Notes: generated by a model from the letters alone, not told the origin. A stretch of DNA of 53,798 bases from Catajapyx aquilonaris (GCA_000934665.2 JYFJ02002617.1:1-53798), one strand, 5' to 3'; counted from the stretch's first letter, positions 11,986 to 24,552 are shown. Numbers and translations are program-made.

Positions 11986-13113
11986 ATCGCTGGGATTGCT
12001 CCTTCCGATGGGGATTCTTATGCTGCGCAGGCACGATGGCCCGTGTCCTAGAGCGCGTCCAACACCCGCATGTGACGTCACGGCGGGAGAGCGGTGATGC
12101 GCATTCGGACGCGCCAGTTGAGCCCAGGTAGGGTTAAGGAATACGCGGGCAAGCATGTTGTTCGTTTGTTTGAGTGGGTAGGAACCACGGCAACTGTGGC
12201 TATTAGTAAACACGTAGATGGGACAGAAATGAAGACAACAGAGAGGAAAGAGTGGTCTCCATTTGTCTCTCTCCCCCCGCAGATTTTTTCGGAAAAATAG
12301 GGAATGATTGGAATTCCGGCTCTCTTTCTTTGTCACAGCCTCCCCTGGTAAGTTCAGTTTACTGTAGGGTCAGAAAGAAGTCGGCCATTTCAGTGATGTC
12401 CATGATGACCCATCACCAAACGCTGAGGTGCTGCTTTTCCTTGCCATTCCAGAACTGGCCACCTCACTGCCATCGACAGGGGAGAGTCAATTGCTCGCAG
12501 GACTTCTGCCTCAGGATTAAGGGCTGCATAAGGCGATGATTGTCTGGGCACCTGAGAATAAAAACAATGTCTTTAACAAATGCTTCACTTCAGAGTTAAC
12601 CCATTTCCATTATTTCAAATGCATGCACATTGTACCACGTTTTCACATGTAGAGAGGGATGCTGTTATAAGATGAGGTTGAACAGACGCTTGGTATTTAA
12701 CGTGATTGTTTTTCTCAAGCTGTCACCCTACCTTTATCCATAAAAATATGCTTCTAATTTTTTAATCAACATCCTTTGTATTACAAACACTTTTTAGTGC
12801 AGTCATCATTGAGTCAGATGCAACACTAAAGCACCACAGGAAGAAAACTCGAAGCTCTGGACTGATGGAAAGATCCTGATACCTGTCCTTGCAATTTTAA
12901 CCCTGTACTGCACATATTTAGGATTTTGGGAAGAAAAAAATTGTAACGCCTTTTTCTCATCATAGGCGACGTAAGGATGGTTTATAATATGTTTTGGTCA
13001 TCTCTGACCCAATGACGTTGAAGTTACATGGACTGAGTCAAAAGTCATGGCGAGTATTTGTTTATCAAAAACAGTCACACATACGGAGATGACCTTTGCT
13101 AACTTTTAAAGGT

Positions 13114-13310
13114 CTGGCGATTACAATTTGATCTGAGATATACATGGCATCCATATCGCAAGGGGGGCCAGAAAAATAGAGGCAATCATAACCCCCACCA
13201 TTCCACCGTCGCATGCAGCTTGGGGTGGGGGGTCATGATCCCCTTTCGTTTACTGTCTCCCCATGAGATCTCGGAGCCATCTATATTCCAGTCCACATTG
13301 TAATTGCCAG
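13114..13310. mobile_element. Degenerate foldback (palindromic) MITE-like element
   Basis: CTGGCGATTACAATTTGATCTGAGATATACATGGC pairs imperfectly with GCCATCTATATTCCAGTCCACATTGTAATTGCCAG. The inner segments are also inverted. Confidence 0.55.
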
Positions 13311-13330
13311 GCAGTAATACTATATCTCTA

Positions 13331-13495
13331 CGGTATTAGTCATATATCGAGGCAACTGCCAGCGACATTTTTCGAAGCAGCAGCAGAAGAAGAAATCGAA
13401 GATTAAGGATACTTAAAGCATGGGCGAGCAAGATTCCTTCTTCTGCAGCTTCGGAAAATGTAGCTGGCACTTGCCTCGATATATGACCAATACTG
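13331..13495. mobile_element. pogo/Tc1-mariner-type MITE (165 bp, TA TSD)
   Basis: TIRs C(G/A)GTATT(A/G)GTCATATATCGAGGCAA.TGCCAGC.ACATTTT of ~55 bp, with TA at 13329-13330 and 13496-13497. Confidence 0.75.
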
Positions 13496-14300
13496 TACAT
13501 CTTACCATTTTTGAATAAAAACACACACAATGACTTCGGACTCAAACCTCAAGCAATATTGTGCCTGCGCCACCAAAAAATTGTCATGAAATTGTGCCGG
13601 CTAAATAAGAATGGCCGCAAATGGCGACAAGAGAGCTACTCTTTGCCGTTTACACATGTAATAGGATATTTAATATCTGCACCTATATCTAATCAGCTCC
13701 AGAAACAATCGCTGCTTCAGAAAATTCCAATTTCGCGCCATTTTCTATGACCTTGGTTCTCTCCGCTCCATACCGTATCCTGCCCGTATCATTTGTCGAC
13801 ATTGGCCCTCATCCAGCGGAAGCTAACAAACTAACTGTAACATCAAGCCCCACTGGTTTCCAGGACCAAAGTTGACGCTTATGGCGTCTGCGCAAATTAA
13901 TCGTTGCCCTCAATCCACGAGGCGTGGTACAAGGTTAAAAGTAAAATTATGGCAGCTGTTGTTTTGTACAATGGGTACACTCGCAAAGAGTCAGTTAAAA
14001 TACAAAATCATTATGTCATTCACGCCTCGGCAGATTGATTATGCCTTGAGCATTAAAGCAAAGCGTAACAAGGAAGTCTGTGTTCTGATTATGGAATCGG
14101 CATGGAAGGTAACCTTTGAGGTCACAAAAGTTTTATCTAACATTATGGCTGTTCATTATGGTTATCCCAGACCTTATTTTGCTAAAAAACAACAACAAAT
14201 TGCAGTGGGTCACTGTCATGTTATGTTTCCAATGGTGTTACTTAGGTTCTTGTCCAAAAATATATTGGGCTAAAATTGTGCAGTTTATTATTCTTGAAAA

Positions 14301-14795
14301 CAGGGTTGTGAACCGAACCCTTGCTCCAGGAACCCGATAACATCGGAGCCGCTCCGGACCAAGCATCGGAACTTGGTTCGGGTTCGAGCAGGTTCAAGGG
14401 GAGAGTGGAGCCATGGTCGAAGAGGGTCCAGAGTTTGGTTCGGGCCAATGGCTCTGGAGCTGAACCCGGTTCCGGAGCGGGTTCAGAGCGGTTCAGAGCT
14501 TGGTTAGGTCGTACATACCAAAGGCAGAAAAACCACTGTATTTACTCCAACGTATGCGTCATGTTTTCATGCTGGTAGAATGGCATTTCCCAGCACCCGC
14601 GATGCAGGGAGTACTGCAAATGTCACATTTTTATGTCATACGCATTTTTGTATGTTACAATAATTATGTCATGCCCATTTGTTGTATGTTACAATATGAC
14701 ATACCCATTTTTTGGATGTCACATTTTCATGTCATACCAATAGCTAATGGTCATACGCATTTGTTGTATGTGTCATTTTATGTCATACGCATTTT
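14301..14795 (+). mobile_element. Composite non-autonomous DNA-element copy (CAGGGTTGTGAACCG end plus TCATACGCATTT subrepeats)
   Basis: Homologous in inverted orientation to 17540-18119. It contains GGTTCG/GGAGC subterminal repeats and an array of TGTCATACGCATTTT units. Confidence 0.7.
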
Positions 14796-14796
14796 A

Positions 14797-14928
14797 TAAC
14801 CTCCTGAGACCTGATGTCCAATATATTGCACATCAGCAAAAAAAATAAAAAATTGGCGTCAATTTCAGTTGACGCCTATTTTTTTTTGCTGATGTCCAAT
14901 AAATTGGACATCAGGTCTCAGGAGGTTA
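14797..14928. mobile_element. Hairpin MITE (132 bp)
   Basis: TAACCTCCTGAGACCTGATGTCCAAT...ATTGGACATCAGGTCTCAGGAGGTTA; almost the whole element is self-complementary. Confidence 0.85.
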
Positions 14929-15539
14929 TGGTACAATATCACATTGTAACATCCCAAAAAATGCGTATGACATGAAAATGTGACATGCAAAATATGGGTA
15001 TGCCACTAGCAGGTTACCTGGTGTTGCCCGGGTATGTTGGGATGCTGGTAAAGACAGGGGTACATATCTGTGATAGATTACCTGCTTGTCTTATAGCGTA
15101 CAGTCGACACAGATATTCTGATTGGATGTGTAAGAGGAATGCGGATGAAGTTGGCCAAGGAAAAGACTGCACAGCCATGTGTTTTTTCCCCTGCATTTTT
15201 GACCCCTTGACCCCCCCCCCTCCCCCCCAACCCCACTTCACACCCCCACCTCGTTCCATATGTTTGCTCTGAAGAACTTTGGAAATGTACGTACAGATGT
15301 ATGATGGGAAATTTTGTTTTCAACACGGAGTAATATTTTGCAAATACTGTATTATTTAATTGTATTTACTTTGTCTGGAAGTCTACTTTCAAATCCCACA
15401 AAATCCCGGAATTACCATAAGATACGAAGTCACGTGAGGTGGCCAATTTGCGTAATTGGTGGATGCGCTGAATTTATGGAGATGGTTTAATTTGCTAGGT
15501 ATTGTGGCATAAGGGCATTTCCTAGGGGAGACAAAGTGG

Positions 15540-15826
15540 CGATGCGGAAACGTCGCGTTCGATCCCAGCCTGGGGTTCCCTCCTTCATCCCGTGCAGAGT
15601 TGGGTCGATCGTCTCTGGCTTCGTTTCGGGTGGAATCTCCTCAGACTAATCCACCCGGGGGAGTTCACAAAATATACCGTTTGAGAATTGCACTTGCACC
15701 TTGCACATCCCCTCCCAGTCAGCCTGCCCGTGGGCCCGGGCACTACGTCAAAAAGGTTCCATCAAGACGAAATAAAGGTTCCCTCCCTGCGGTACGATGC
15801 AGGGAGGTAAATAGCTAAAAAAAAAA
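15540..15826 (+). mobile_element. tRNA-derived SINE copy with a degenerate 5' end
   Basis: B box GTTCGATCCC (15557-15566), a 3' stem-loop CCTCCCTGC/GCAGGGAGG (15782-15807) and an A tail (15817-15826). It shares CCTGGG..CCCT..TTCA and TTGAGA.ATTGCACTTG.ACC blocks with the SINE at 43091. Confidence 0.6.
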
Positions 15827-16074
15827 GAGAGGCATTTCCATGGGAATGCAAATTGATTTATTGTTATTGATGTAAGCTAATTGTTGAGGCAGGAATATGC
15901 GTGTTGTGGGAGTTAGGTACATTTTCGGAAGCTGAAACATGCGGCGTTAGATTCCTTGGAAAAAGTAACCCCCGATATGCTAATTTAAGGCGGTGTAAGG
16001 GCCTTCCCCTGGATTTCTATAAGGGACAAACATCCAAACTCACAAACTAACAATCAAGCTTCCTTATTTATAGA

Positions 16075-16691
16075 TATATATGGTCGTCCAGACGGGACCA
16101 GTTTGCCAGGGCCAGGCCCCGGCAAATCCAGGGCCGGTCGGGGCTAGTGGGGTTCAGACGACAAAGCCGCGGCCCCGACAGACCCCACAAAGTGGGCTGA
16201 AAGCGACCCACTTTGGGGAAGTGGGTGACAACGGCCCCGGCACCGGGCCCTGGCAAATGGGAGGCGGGAAGACGAAATTAACATGGCGCCTTATGGGCAT
16301 TCCGACTATCTTTGCGCCGTCACTGCGAGGCGCCTATTGGGACTAGAAATATGCAATTGGTACCAAATGATAGCTCCACTCATGCCCCGTCTCATGCCGT
16401 ACATCTCCATCCGAGAGGTTGAGCGGGGAAGGACATAGAAAATCCTACACTTTGTCATTGTTTGTCTTCGTAAGTGCAGTTTGTGTAACTACACCACTCA
16501 AACAACCACATTAAAATGTTCCAAATTTTAATATGTCGTAAAGACAATCTTCCTCTGCATATTTCACCAACTCGGGGCCGATTATCAAGGTTGATTTAAT
16601 GATTCGAAAATAAAAAAGTGAGCGTATGAGTGATATCGGAACTTAGGGCAGCTTGAGTTAGGTACTGATGGACCAAAGTCCGTACAAAACC

Positions 16692-16734
<43 letters not shown>

Positions 16735-17455
16735 GATATCCCATGATATGCATTATTGGACCTTTTTATTGGGGGAGCAAACAATAAGAGGTGATCTGTC
16801 GGTGATGATGGAGACCATCGCAGGTGTACCACTATATAACTACTTATTTTTGCCACTGTAATGAGATGTTATAGGCTACTGGTTTGGGCCTTCCCTGATA
16901 CATCATTCAAGTCGCTGGCTAACCGGACAGTTATCAATTGTTGTACTGTTACAGTCATATACTACTGTATACTAACATAACCCTGCTATAACCTCGACAA
17001 TTTGGCGTAATCCGGGACAAATGGTAACCCGAATGACCCCTGAAATAATCCGGGACAATGGGTGGATATTCCGGAGAGTCCCGGACAATCCGGGACGTCT
17101 GGTAACCAATATATGTACGATTATGAGAATCATGTCGCGCCCTATCCTATATGAATCAGCTGTACTGTATTCACATCTCCCCCCCCCCCCCGCGGCTGTG
17201 TACAGAGCTATCTGTCGGCATGACGGATTTTTGTGCGATTTAGGTGGCGAAACCTGGTGTAGAAGTAGCCTTGGCTAAGGTGGCGATATGGCGCCAATGG
17301 CGGATACTGATCGTCACTTGTTTGTTTGTTTGGCCGGCCTTGGCTCTCTCGTGTGAACCCGCCAGGGCTTCAACCTGCCGGGGCTGGAGCCGGGGCCAGG
17401 GCTAGTGAGGGCCCCGGCCCTGGCAAACTGGTCCCGTCTGGACGACCCCATAGAG
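16075..17455. mobile_element. TIR-bounded non-autonomous DNA element (~1.4 kb)
   Basis: GGTCGTCCAGACGGGACCAGTTTGCCAGGGCC at 16082-16113 and its reverse complement at 17416-17447, with GC-rich GGCCCCGG subterminal repeats. No clear TSD. Confidence 0.7.
16693..16733. repeat. (ATA)n microsatellite
   Basis: About 13 perfect ATA units. Confidence 0.95.
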
Positions 17456-17539
17456 ATATTGTGCATACAATTACATGCTCAAAAAGGCCTACTGTGAACA
17501 CCGGCACTCGACATCAGAACTGTATGCTTTCGGTATGAA

Positions 17540-18119
17540 GCTCAACCAATACAACAAATGTGTATGGCATGAAAATGTAAGGTCCAAAAAATGTGTATGA
17601 CATATTGTAATGTACAAAAATGCGCATGACATTAAAATGTGGCACACAACAAATGCGCATGACATTAAAATGTGGCACACAACAAATGCGTATGACATGA
17701 AAATGTGACCTCCAAAAAATGGGTACGACATAATTATTGTAACATACAAAAATGTGTATGACAAAACTGTGACATTTATGGTACACCCTGTATCGCGGGT
17801 GCTTGGAAATGTCATTCTGCCACCATGAAAACATGATGCATACGTTGGAGTAAATCCAGCGGTTTTTCTGCCTTTCCACCACTTCAGTTGGTATGTATGA
17901 CATAACCAAGCTCTGAACCCGCTCCGAACGGGTTCAGCGTCGGAGCCGTTGGCCTGAACCAAACTCTGGAGCAAGCTGGCAAGCTCCCAACCAAACCCCG
18001 TACCCGCTCCGACCTTGGCTCCACTCTGCTCCAACCCTAACCAAGCTCCGCTGCTCGCTCCGGAGCAGCCCCGATGTTATCGGGTTCACGGAGCAAGGGT
18101 TCGATTCGGTTCACAACCT
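17540..18119 (-). mobile_element. Second, inverted copy of the composite element at 14301-14795
   Basis: Its reverse complement matches ...TTGTGAACCGAA...CCCTTGCTCC..GAACCCGATAACATCGG...AAAGGCAGAAAAACC..TG.ATTTACTCCAACGTATGC and the TCATACGCATTT array. Confidence 0.75.
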
Positions 18120-19917
18120 GACAATCTTATTGAGTGTTTTAAATTTTCTAATGTATTAAGGGGGCGCATTAGTAAAAATACGGCAGGCGCATTTTTGAGG
18201 GATTTTTTTTTTTTTGTGGCGAAACGCACCGTTAATTGGAAAAATCACAACGAAGGTGCCCCGCACAAAGGTTTGGCCTTTACTATGGTACCATACTCGA
18301 TATGATTGCATTAAAATTGTGGACATGTTGCGTTCCTGCCCCCATGTTATTCAAATGGGCTTCTCGGGGAAACTTTTAAAAATGCCATGACAAATTGGGA
18401 CCTCGTAATTATGACCGAATAAAATCAATTTCCATCAAAAATAAAAAATATTCAGCACACCTCCAAATACCATGTTTAATTTAAGTTGGCAGTCATGAAA
18501 ATTGCGCCTGCGCACAAAAACATCCAGCCGGTAATAGGCCCATATTAAATCGAGTTTAAAACGCAGATTCGAATGGAATGCATAGGATTGAACAGCATTT
18601 ACTGCTGCATCGGTTGCGTATGTTTCCCTGATTTTAGCCCTTCTTGTTAACATTCCAATTCTAGACTCTCATTTGATTAGCAAGTCGCTTCATTTCCACC
18701 TTAACACAACACTTTAAAAATTCAACTTCCATTGAATACATTAAATCTTAACATCGCAAACATGTTTGTCAAGTTTGAAACACATTCATAAAAATGACTA
18801 ATCTGAAGTATTGGGCAATTGGGCACATATTGACGTGTTGAGAATGATAAGCAATATCAACTGGACTGGGCGGATAAAGTGCTAATACAGCCAACACCTA
18901 TTTATCTCAGACTGATTAGTCATAGTTAATTGATCAGTTTATGTAAAACCGCACACCTAATAGACATTATAGGCATAATGTCCTGAATTTTCAATTATCA
19001 TTAAATTTCACATAATTGTATTATCATAAGCTCTATTAATGTATATTTTGTCAAACAGTGTCGTTTACATTTAGTACCTGGTAATATTTATGCCCAGATT
19101 AATAATTTAGCCAAATGCAACAACATGTAGAGTACACATAATTTGTGCTGTCACACATGTGATCATGTCACTAACATGATTTCTTGCTTAATTTCTTCTA
19201 AGTAGGGCTTTAAACATATGAGCAAAAAATGTTTCCCATTATTTCAGTTTATCTCTCAACTGCAAACAATACGGCCATGAAATTATTACAAATTTATATA
19301 AATTTGCGAAGTGCTACATTTTGACATTAACTTCCAAAAATTGTCACATACTCATTCATGAGAGTTAAAAATTTAATTGTCATACTGTTAATCACTCTAC
19401 GATTTGTCTGAAAAATTCTGAGTGCTAGCGCTTAAAATTTAAAAAAAATAGGTATAAGAAAATATCTAGTTGGATTACCTCTTAACACTAATTCAGGAAA
19501 ATATCGATGTGCAATGTCACATGTTATCATAAGACGGCCCATTAGCAGTGTCATTTTTTTCACCTATGTCGACGGCTCCATTAAATGTTGATATTTCCAT
19601 GTAAAAAACTCATTATTTACCCATTGGTTTTTCTAAATTAAACAACAAGGGTGTAAAGTGCAGTGCCAAAGGGGCATTATGTTTTGAAGTTGTCAAGAAC
19701 AATAAATTGAAATTTCTTTCCCTTCAGCTACCATGATCTGCTACACATAACGACACATGGCCAGCATTTCGCAACTTGCAATATTTTTGACCTAGGTGCT
19801 TTAGTATAAAAACTGGCAATTTTTTTTAAATATCACATGACCAGAACAAGTCTGTTGGAACAAATGATGCTCACTGATTACAATATAATGATAATTAGAT
19901 ATTAGGTCTATTGCGTA

Positions 19918-20261
19918 CAGTGGTGTCTCGTACCTCGAGCTTAATTCATTCCAGAAGGTAGTTTGAACTCCGAATTGTTCAAAGTCCGAATCAATTTCCC
20001 CCATATGAAATAACGTAAAGTGAATTAATCCATTCCCAGATCCAAAACAATAGCCATTTCGATAAAGTTAAACAGCAAACACTCATAATTTAAGGTAAAC
20101 TTAACATGATTAAATGCCCAAAATAAAACATGAAAACAATAAAATATGTAAATACTGCATAATAACAAGTTACAATTACTGCACAAGTGAGGAGTGGTGA
20201 TGTCCCACGTGGTTGGGGGAGAGCAAGACAAAGGTTACTGTTTGGAATGGGAATCACCTTC
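19918..20261 (-). mobile_element. Tigger/pogo-type element 3' end (TIR plus last codons of the transposase)
   Basis: TA followed by CAGTGGTGTCTCGTACCTCGAGCTTAATTCATTCC as the TIR. The minus strand at 20235-20261 encodes EGDSHSKQ-stop, like the C-terminus of Tigger1-like transposases. Confidence 0.6.
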
Positions 20262-20263
20262 TA

Positions 20264-20810
20264 CAGGGTGTTTCAGAGTCACGGGTCAAGCGCGAGCGAG
20301 GTGGTGGGGAAAAATGGTAGGTGGCGACAACCCCAGTCGATTTTATACAACAATTAGAAATAAGGCAGTAATCAATTTATTTATTATGGCCGCACAGTGT
20401 GACGTCACATCCTTCCTGTATTCGAATTGACCGGCGTGGACTGGCAGATTCAGTGGTTTGAACCTGGTTGAGCGGCTTTTTAGCCTTGCGGGTTGTACTG
20501 AACACCGGCAGGGTATTGAACACACCACTGTACAGTAGTACACTACGTTGTCGGTGTAGCATGAGAGCGCCTTTTCCAGTGCAACCCGCGAGGCGAAAAA
20601 CCCGTTCAACCAGGTTCAAACCACTGAATCTGCCAGTCCGCACCGGCCAATTCGAATACAGGAAGGACGTGACGTCATGCCGTACAGCCATAATAAGTTG
20701 ATTACTGCAACATTTGTAATTGTTTTATGAAATCGACTGGGGGTTGTCGCCACCTACGATTCTTCCCCACCCCCTCGCACGCGCTCGACCCGTGACTCTG
20801 AAACACCCTG
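20264..20810. mobile_element. Foldback Tc1/mariner-type MITE (547 bp, ~240-bp inverted arms, TA TSD)
   Basis: TA-CAGGGTGTTTCAGAGTCACGGGTC...GACCCGTGACTCTGAAACACCCTG-TA; the arms stay complementary to about 20505/20570. Confidence 0.92.
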
Positions 20811-23800
20811 TATGATGCATAACCAAACACACCAAAAATAAGTGTGACCATCAAGTGCAACTAATGCACTGAAAACATATGATCGTAACAGACGTGAAGC
20901 GTTCGCAGGGAGATCTAGACTTGGCCGCACACGCAGCCAGCGCATTATCCGTAGCGAACGTAATGTACGTCGTTTGTTCCATTGTTGCTTTTTTTTTGTT
21001 GATACTGATTACTCGTATTGTTCTGTGAGGGTACTTCCATGGAAACCTTGACCTGCAGGGAGGCTGTAAGCTCCCATCTGAGGGCCCAGTCCCCCCCCCC
21101 AGTGAGGTGAGGCCTACTTCCCCCAGTGCGAAATGAGGGCAGGGAGGCACGCCCTGTTGGAAAGGAAGCGGGGTGATGCGTACCTGTGTGGTGTGCAAGG
21201 CTCCTTGTTCCCTCAGGGGTGGTGGGCCGGACCAGGGGCGGACCCACGGGCAGCCCCAGGGCAGCAGCGGCAGAGACGCGACGTCATCTCTTCGGAAAGT
21301 GAGGCGAGGAAAAAAGATAAAAGAACGTCCTCCGGTCGGCGTCCTTTGGCTGGTTGTGGCGTCCCCCGTCAGATGGCAGGGTCCATCCATCTCGAAAGGG
21401 TATGGCCAACCGGATAGGATGGCAGCCATGTTTGAGCCATGTTGAGGTAACAGGCATATCGAGAAAATCAGGGACATATTTTGTCATTATTACAACTGCT
21501 GCCATGCCCTGGCAGTTGGCAGTGGAATGTGCCAGGGGTTCAACAATAGTTCATCCACATCACATGAGAGGATATAGAAAAATCCTATTTTGCTATCAAA
21601 ATTTTAAGGCGAAAAAAGGGCGAAAGTCACACCCATGGTGCATGTTTATATTTCTCATGGTCACACGTACATGGTTCACCAAAAACAAGGCCGGGCATTG
21701 CATAATTACATCGCACCGAGAGCTCGTGTCACCACTTGCGGCTAGTTTTGTTATATTCAGAATTATTAACTTATTGTATTTGAATATATTCGTAACATTT
21801 CACTTATCACGCTTTATATCTATTATTAATAGTTCTATTGCATAACATATGCATGAACATAACAATGAATGACTTCTGAAAAATTCAATCAATCATTTCA
21901 AAAATCAGTGTAGGATTTCCGCAATACAATATAATTATGTATGTATAACTATAACTGAAACTGGACTTCAGAAAACAAGACTTATTGGATATGTCGCACA
22001 TTCACAACCTGACGTGATGTTCACTTCGCGACTATGAACACTTGCAAAGGTATTGTATGCATTTTCATACATAAAAATGAGTTAAGAGCTGTTCATTAGT
22101 GCATATTCACCTACATGCTGATCTCATTAGCGTAAGAAATAACTGCCCATCACCATTTTGCTAGAATAGTTCCTCTTTATTTCTACTCGAAGTGCGGCTG
22201 AGTATACTATAAGTGTGCAACGTTGCGAAGAACTCATTTCATTTAACAAACAATCAAAAACCTGTGAATAAAGTCAGAGATGCTGAGAAATTTCAACGTC
22301 AGGAATAAACATGGAATTGTCATGTGCACATTACACACCTGCTGTATTTATATTAACAGAAGAGGAAGTAACATTACTTTACAGCCCACGATATTAATAT
22401 CCAGCATGCGCCTGAAAAATTATTGACTTTCGCATATGTTGGATATACATTGTAAACCCATTGAGAAGAAATTACAAAATAAGCATATAATAATTGGCAA
22501 GGCCAGTTCAGTATTTTGATGGGAAAGACATGAAATATGAATTGGCCAACAGGTTTGGCCTTGTCATCCCTAGACAGAGATATTGACATCATTGTTCACA
22601 TTTCAGTAAAGAGTCCAGCAAACAATGGTCAAGAATAGTATCTATACTCCCATATACTTGGGTGTGGTGTGCGTAGTTCACAGCATAATTTATTGTCAAG
22701 GCTGATTTTGCCGCGATATTTATATTTACATCATTTTAAGAAACATCAATGGCTGATAAATAAGGTTTTTTTTCTTAACAATTGCATTGCAATAGTTACA
22801 TAATATCACCATATTTTCCACAAATCGAAACGTTCTACTCTGGAAGTATCTGGATCACGCTAGTGAGTCACACAATCCTCAAATCATATCGCGACGCCTC
22901 TTTGTCGGATGAGACTTCTTCAGATTCATCTACGACACAGGCCATCCCGATGAGCAAGTATTACATTCATTCCTACGTGGCGTTTTTTCAATAATTGAGA
23001 GGCCATGACCAGGCAATAGGCTAAACACTGTCAGTGTTAGTTTATTTTTTACACAAGGTGCAGCTGAAAGGCTCTCTTAAATAGTTAGCAGGAACCTTGT
23101 GAAGAAAATCCAAAGATACCTTCAATTAGTGAAGCAGGAAAATCAGTAATCAAATCGGGCAGGAGAGTCTGCTGCCATCCCATATTCTGAGAATGGGCTG
23201 GGGGACAATCAAATGTCACAGAAAATATGTCGCCACCAACCACCAAATACGCAAGTGTAAGGTCAAAGACCTGTCCGACTTGGGTGGCCCTACCAGTAGA
23301 CGAAACTACCGACTGCTGGGGTCACGGGAGAAACCCAAACCGTCAATCTGAAAAGGACGAGAGACATGCTGAACATAACATAATGAATGACTTGTGAAAG
23401 TCAATGAATCATTTCAAAAATCAGTATGGGATAAGATTCGGAAGTACCATATCATTAGGAAGCATTCCAACGATAAGTAGTAGTAATTGGCCAACAGGTT
23501 TGGCCTTGTCATGCCTAGACAGAAATATTAACGTCATCGTTCACTTTTCAGTGAGGAGAGCAAACAATAGTCAAGAATACTATCAATACCCACATAATTA
23601 CGACGTATACGTGGGTGAGGTTCCAAATGTGCAGAGACAGAGCATAATATTGACAATATTTATTTTTGCATCATTTTAAGGAACATCAAAGGCTGATAAT
23701 AAAGGTTAATTTCCCTCAAAACTTCAATAGTTACATCACATCACCACAATACATTTATGACAACTCATCCACAAATCGAAACGTTACACGCTTCTCACTA

Positions 23801-23859
23801 GACGCACAATAGACGGAACGTTGCACTAGATCAACTGAGAAGACCGACAACGTTAATGA

Positions 23860-24320
23860 TATCGAATATTTACTGCCGTACGAGGACATTTACGACTCCA
23901 TTTATGACTGCCACGTGAACAAACCAGGGCATGGAGGGCGAGCGACGATGGAAAGGTACTTGATGAAAAAAAATCACCATACCGCGACCAGCACTCTTGA
24001 TTTTCCTGTCGTGCTGCCGCTCGAAAAGAGGTCTTCATCAAGCATCAAGCATTCGGCCAATTCTGTCGAACGACTTTGGTGACCGGGGTCAAGTTGACCT
24101 ATAATCGACTTCCAGTCTATGCCAGATCGCGATTTCAAGTGGATTTTGAACTACCAAGATCATGTACCAAGTTTGTTGTTCTTCGACCACTCAGATCGAA
24201 GCGTGCTCTGGAGGTTGCTGCGGAGCTTCTTCAAATATTTCTTTTTGTTGGAAAATCAAAGATATTGCACAGCGATAATGGGAAGGAATACGTCAACCAA
24301 GTGATCCAGCGCGACATGAA
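23860..24320 (+). mobile_element. KRBA2/SCAND3-like (Ginger-type) integrase remnant
   Basis: Frameshifted pieces: YEDIYDSIYDCHVNKPGHGGRATM (HHCC part), IRPILSNDFGDRGQVDL, SMPDRDFKWILNYQDH and TKFVVLRPLRSKRALEVAAELLQIFLFVGKSKILHSDNGKEYVNQVI. Confidence 0.85.
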
Positions 24321-24552
24321 GTCAGAGGGAAACGGTTTACCTACATCATGGTACGACATAATTATACAGTATACTCTTTGGGATTGGCTCAATATTATAT
24401 CACATGGACAAATTTAAGTCGTTATTAAATTAACAATTTCCACAGGAGCCACACGACACCTCAGGTTTAACTCCTCAAGCTCAGGATGAGGTTGAGACAG
24501 CAGGGCAGGGAGAGACTGACATATGCTGCAACCACATTTATGATAATAATTC

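Larger units (their letters stand above)
11488..12146. mobile_element. Non-autonomous MULE-type element, 659 bp, with ~105-bp TIRs and a 9-bp TSD
   Basis: TIRs 11488-11592 and 12042-12146 (GCGTATTCCTTAACCCTACC...CTCTAGGACACG) are near identical. They are flanked by the direct repeat GGGCAAGCA at 11479-11487 and 12147-12155. Confidence 0.9.

Noticed and set aside
14610..14795. Repeated TGTCATACGCATTTT units with variable intervening sequence (also 17555-17780), superficially CRISPR-like
   Set aside because: The units are short and degenerate, the intervening parts are themselves similar, there are no cas genes, and the context is eukaryotic. These are transposon subrepeats.
16596..16856. ORF with a poly-Ile tract
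   Set aside because: Artefact of the (ATA)n microsatellite.
18156..19485. Possible TTAA-flanked (Kolobok-like) element, TTAAGGGG...CCTCTTAA
   Set aside because: The terminal similarity is too short to establish that the two ends belong together.
20851..21477. 208-aa GC-rich minus-strand ORF
   Set aside because: No recognisable domain, overlapping ORFs in several frames, and typical of a GC-rich repeat.
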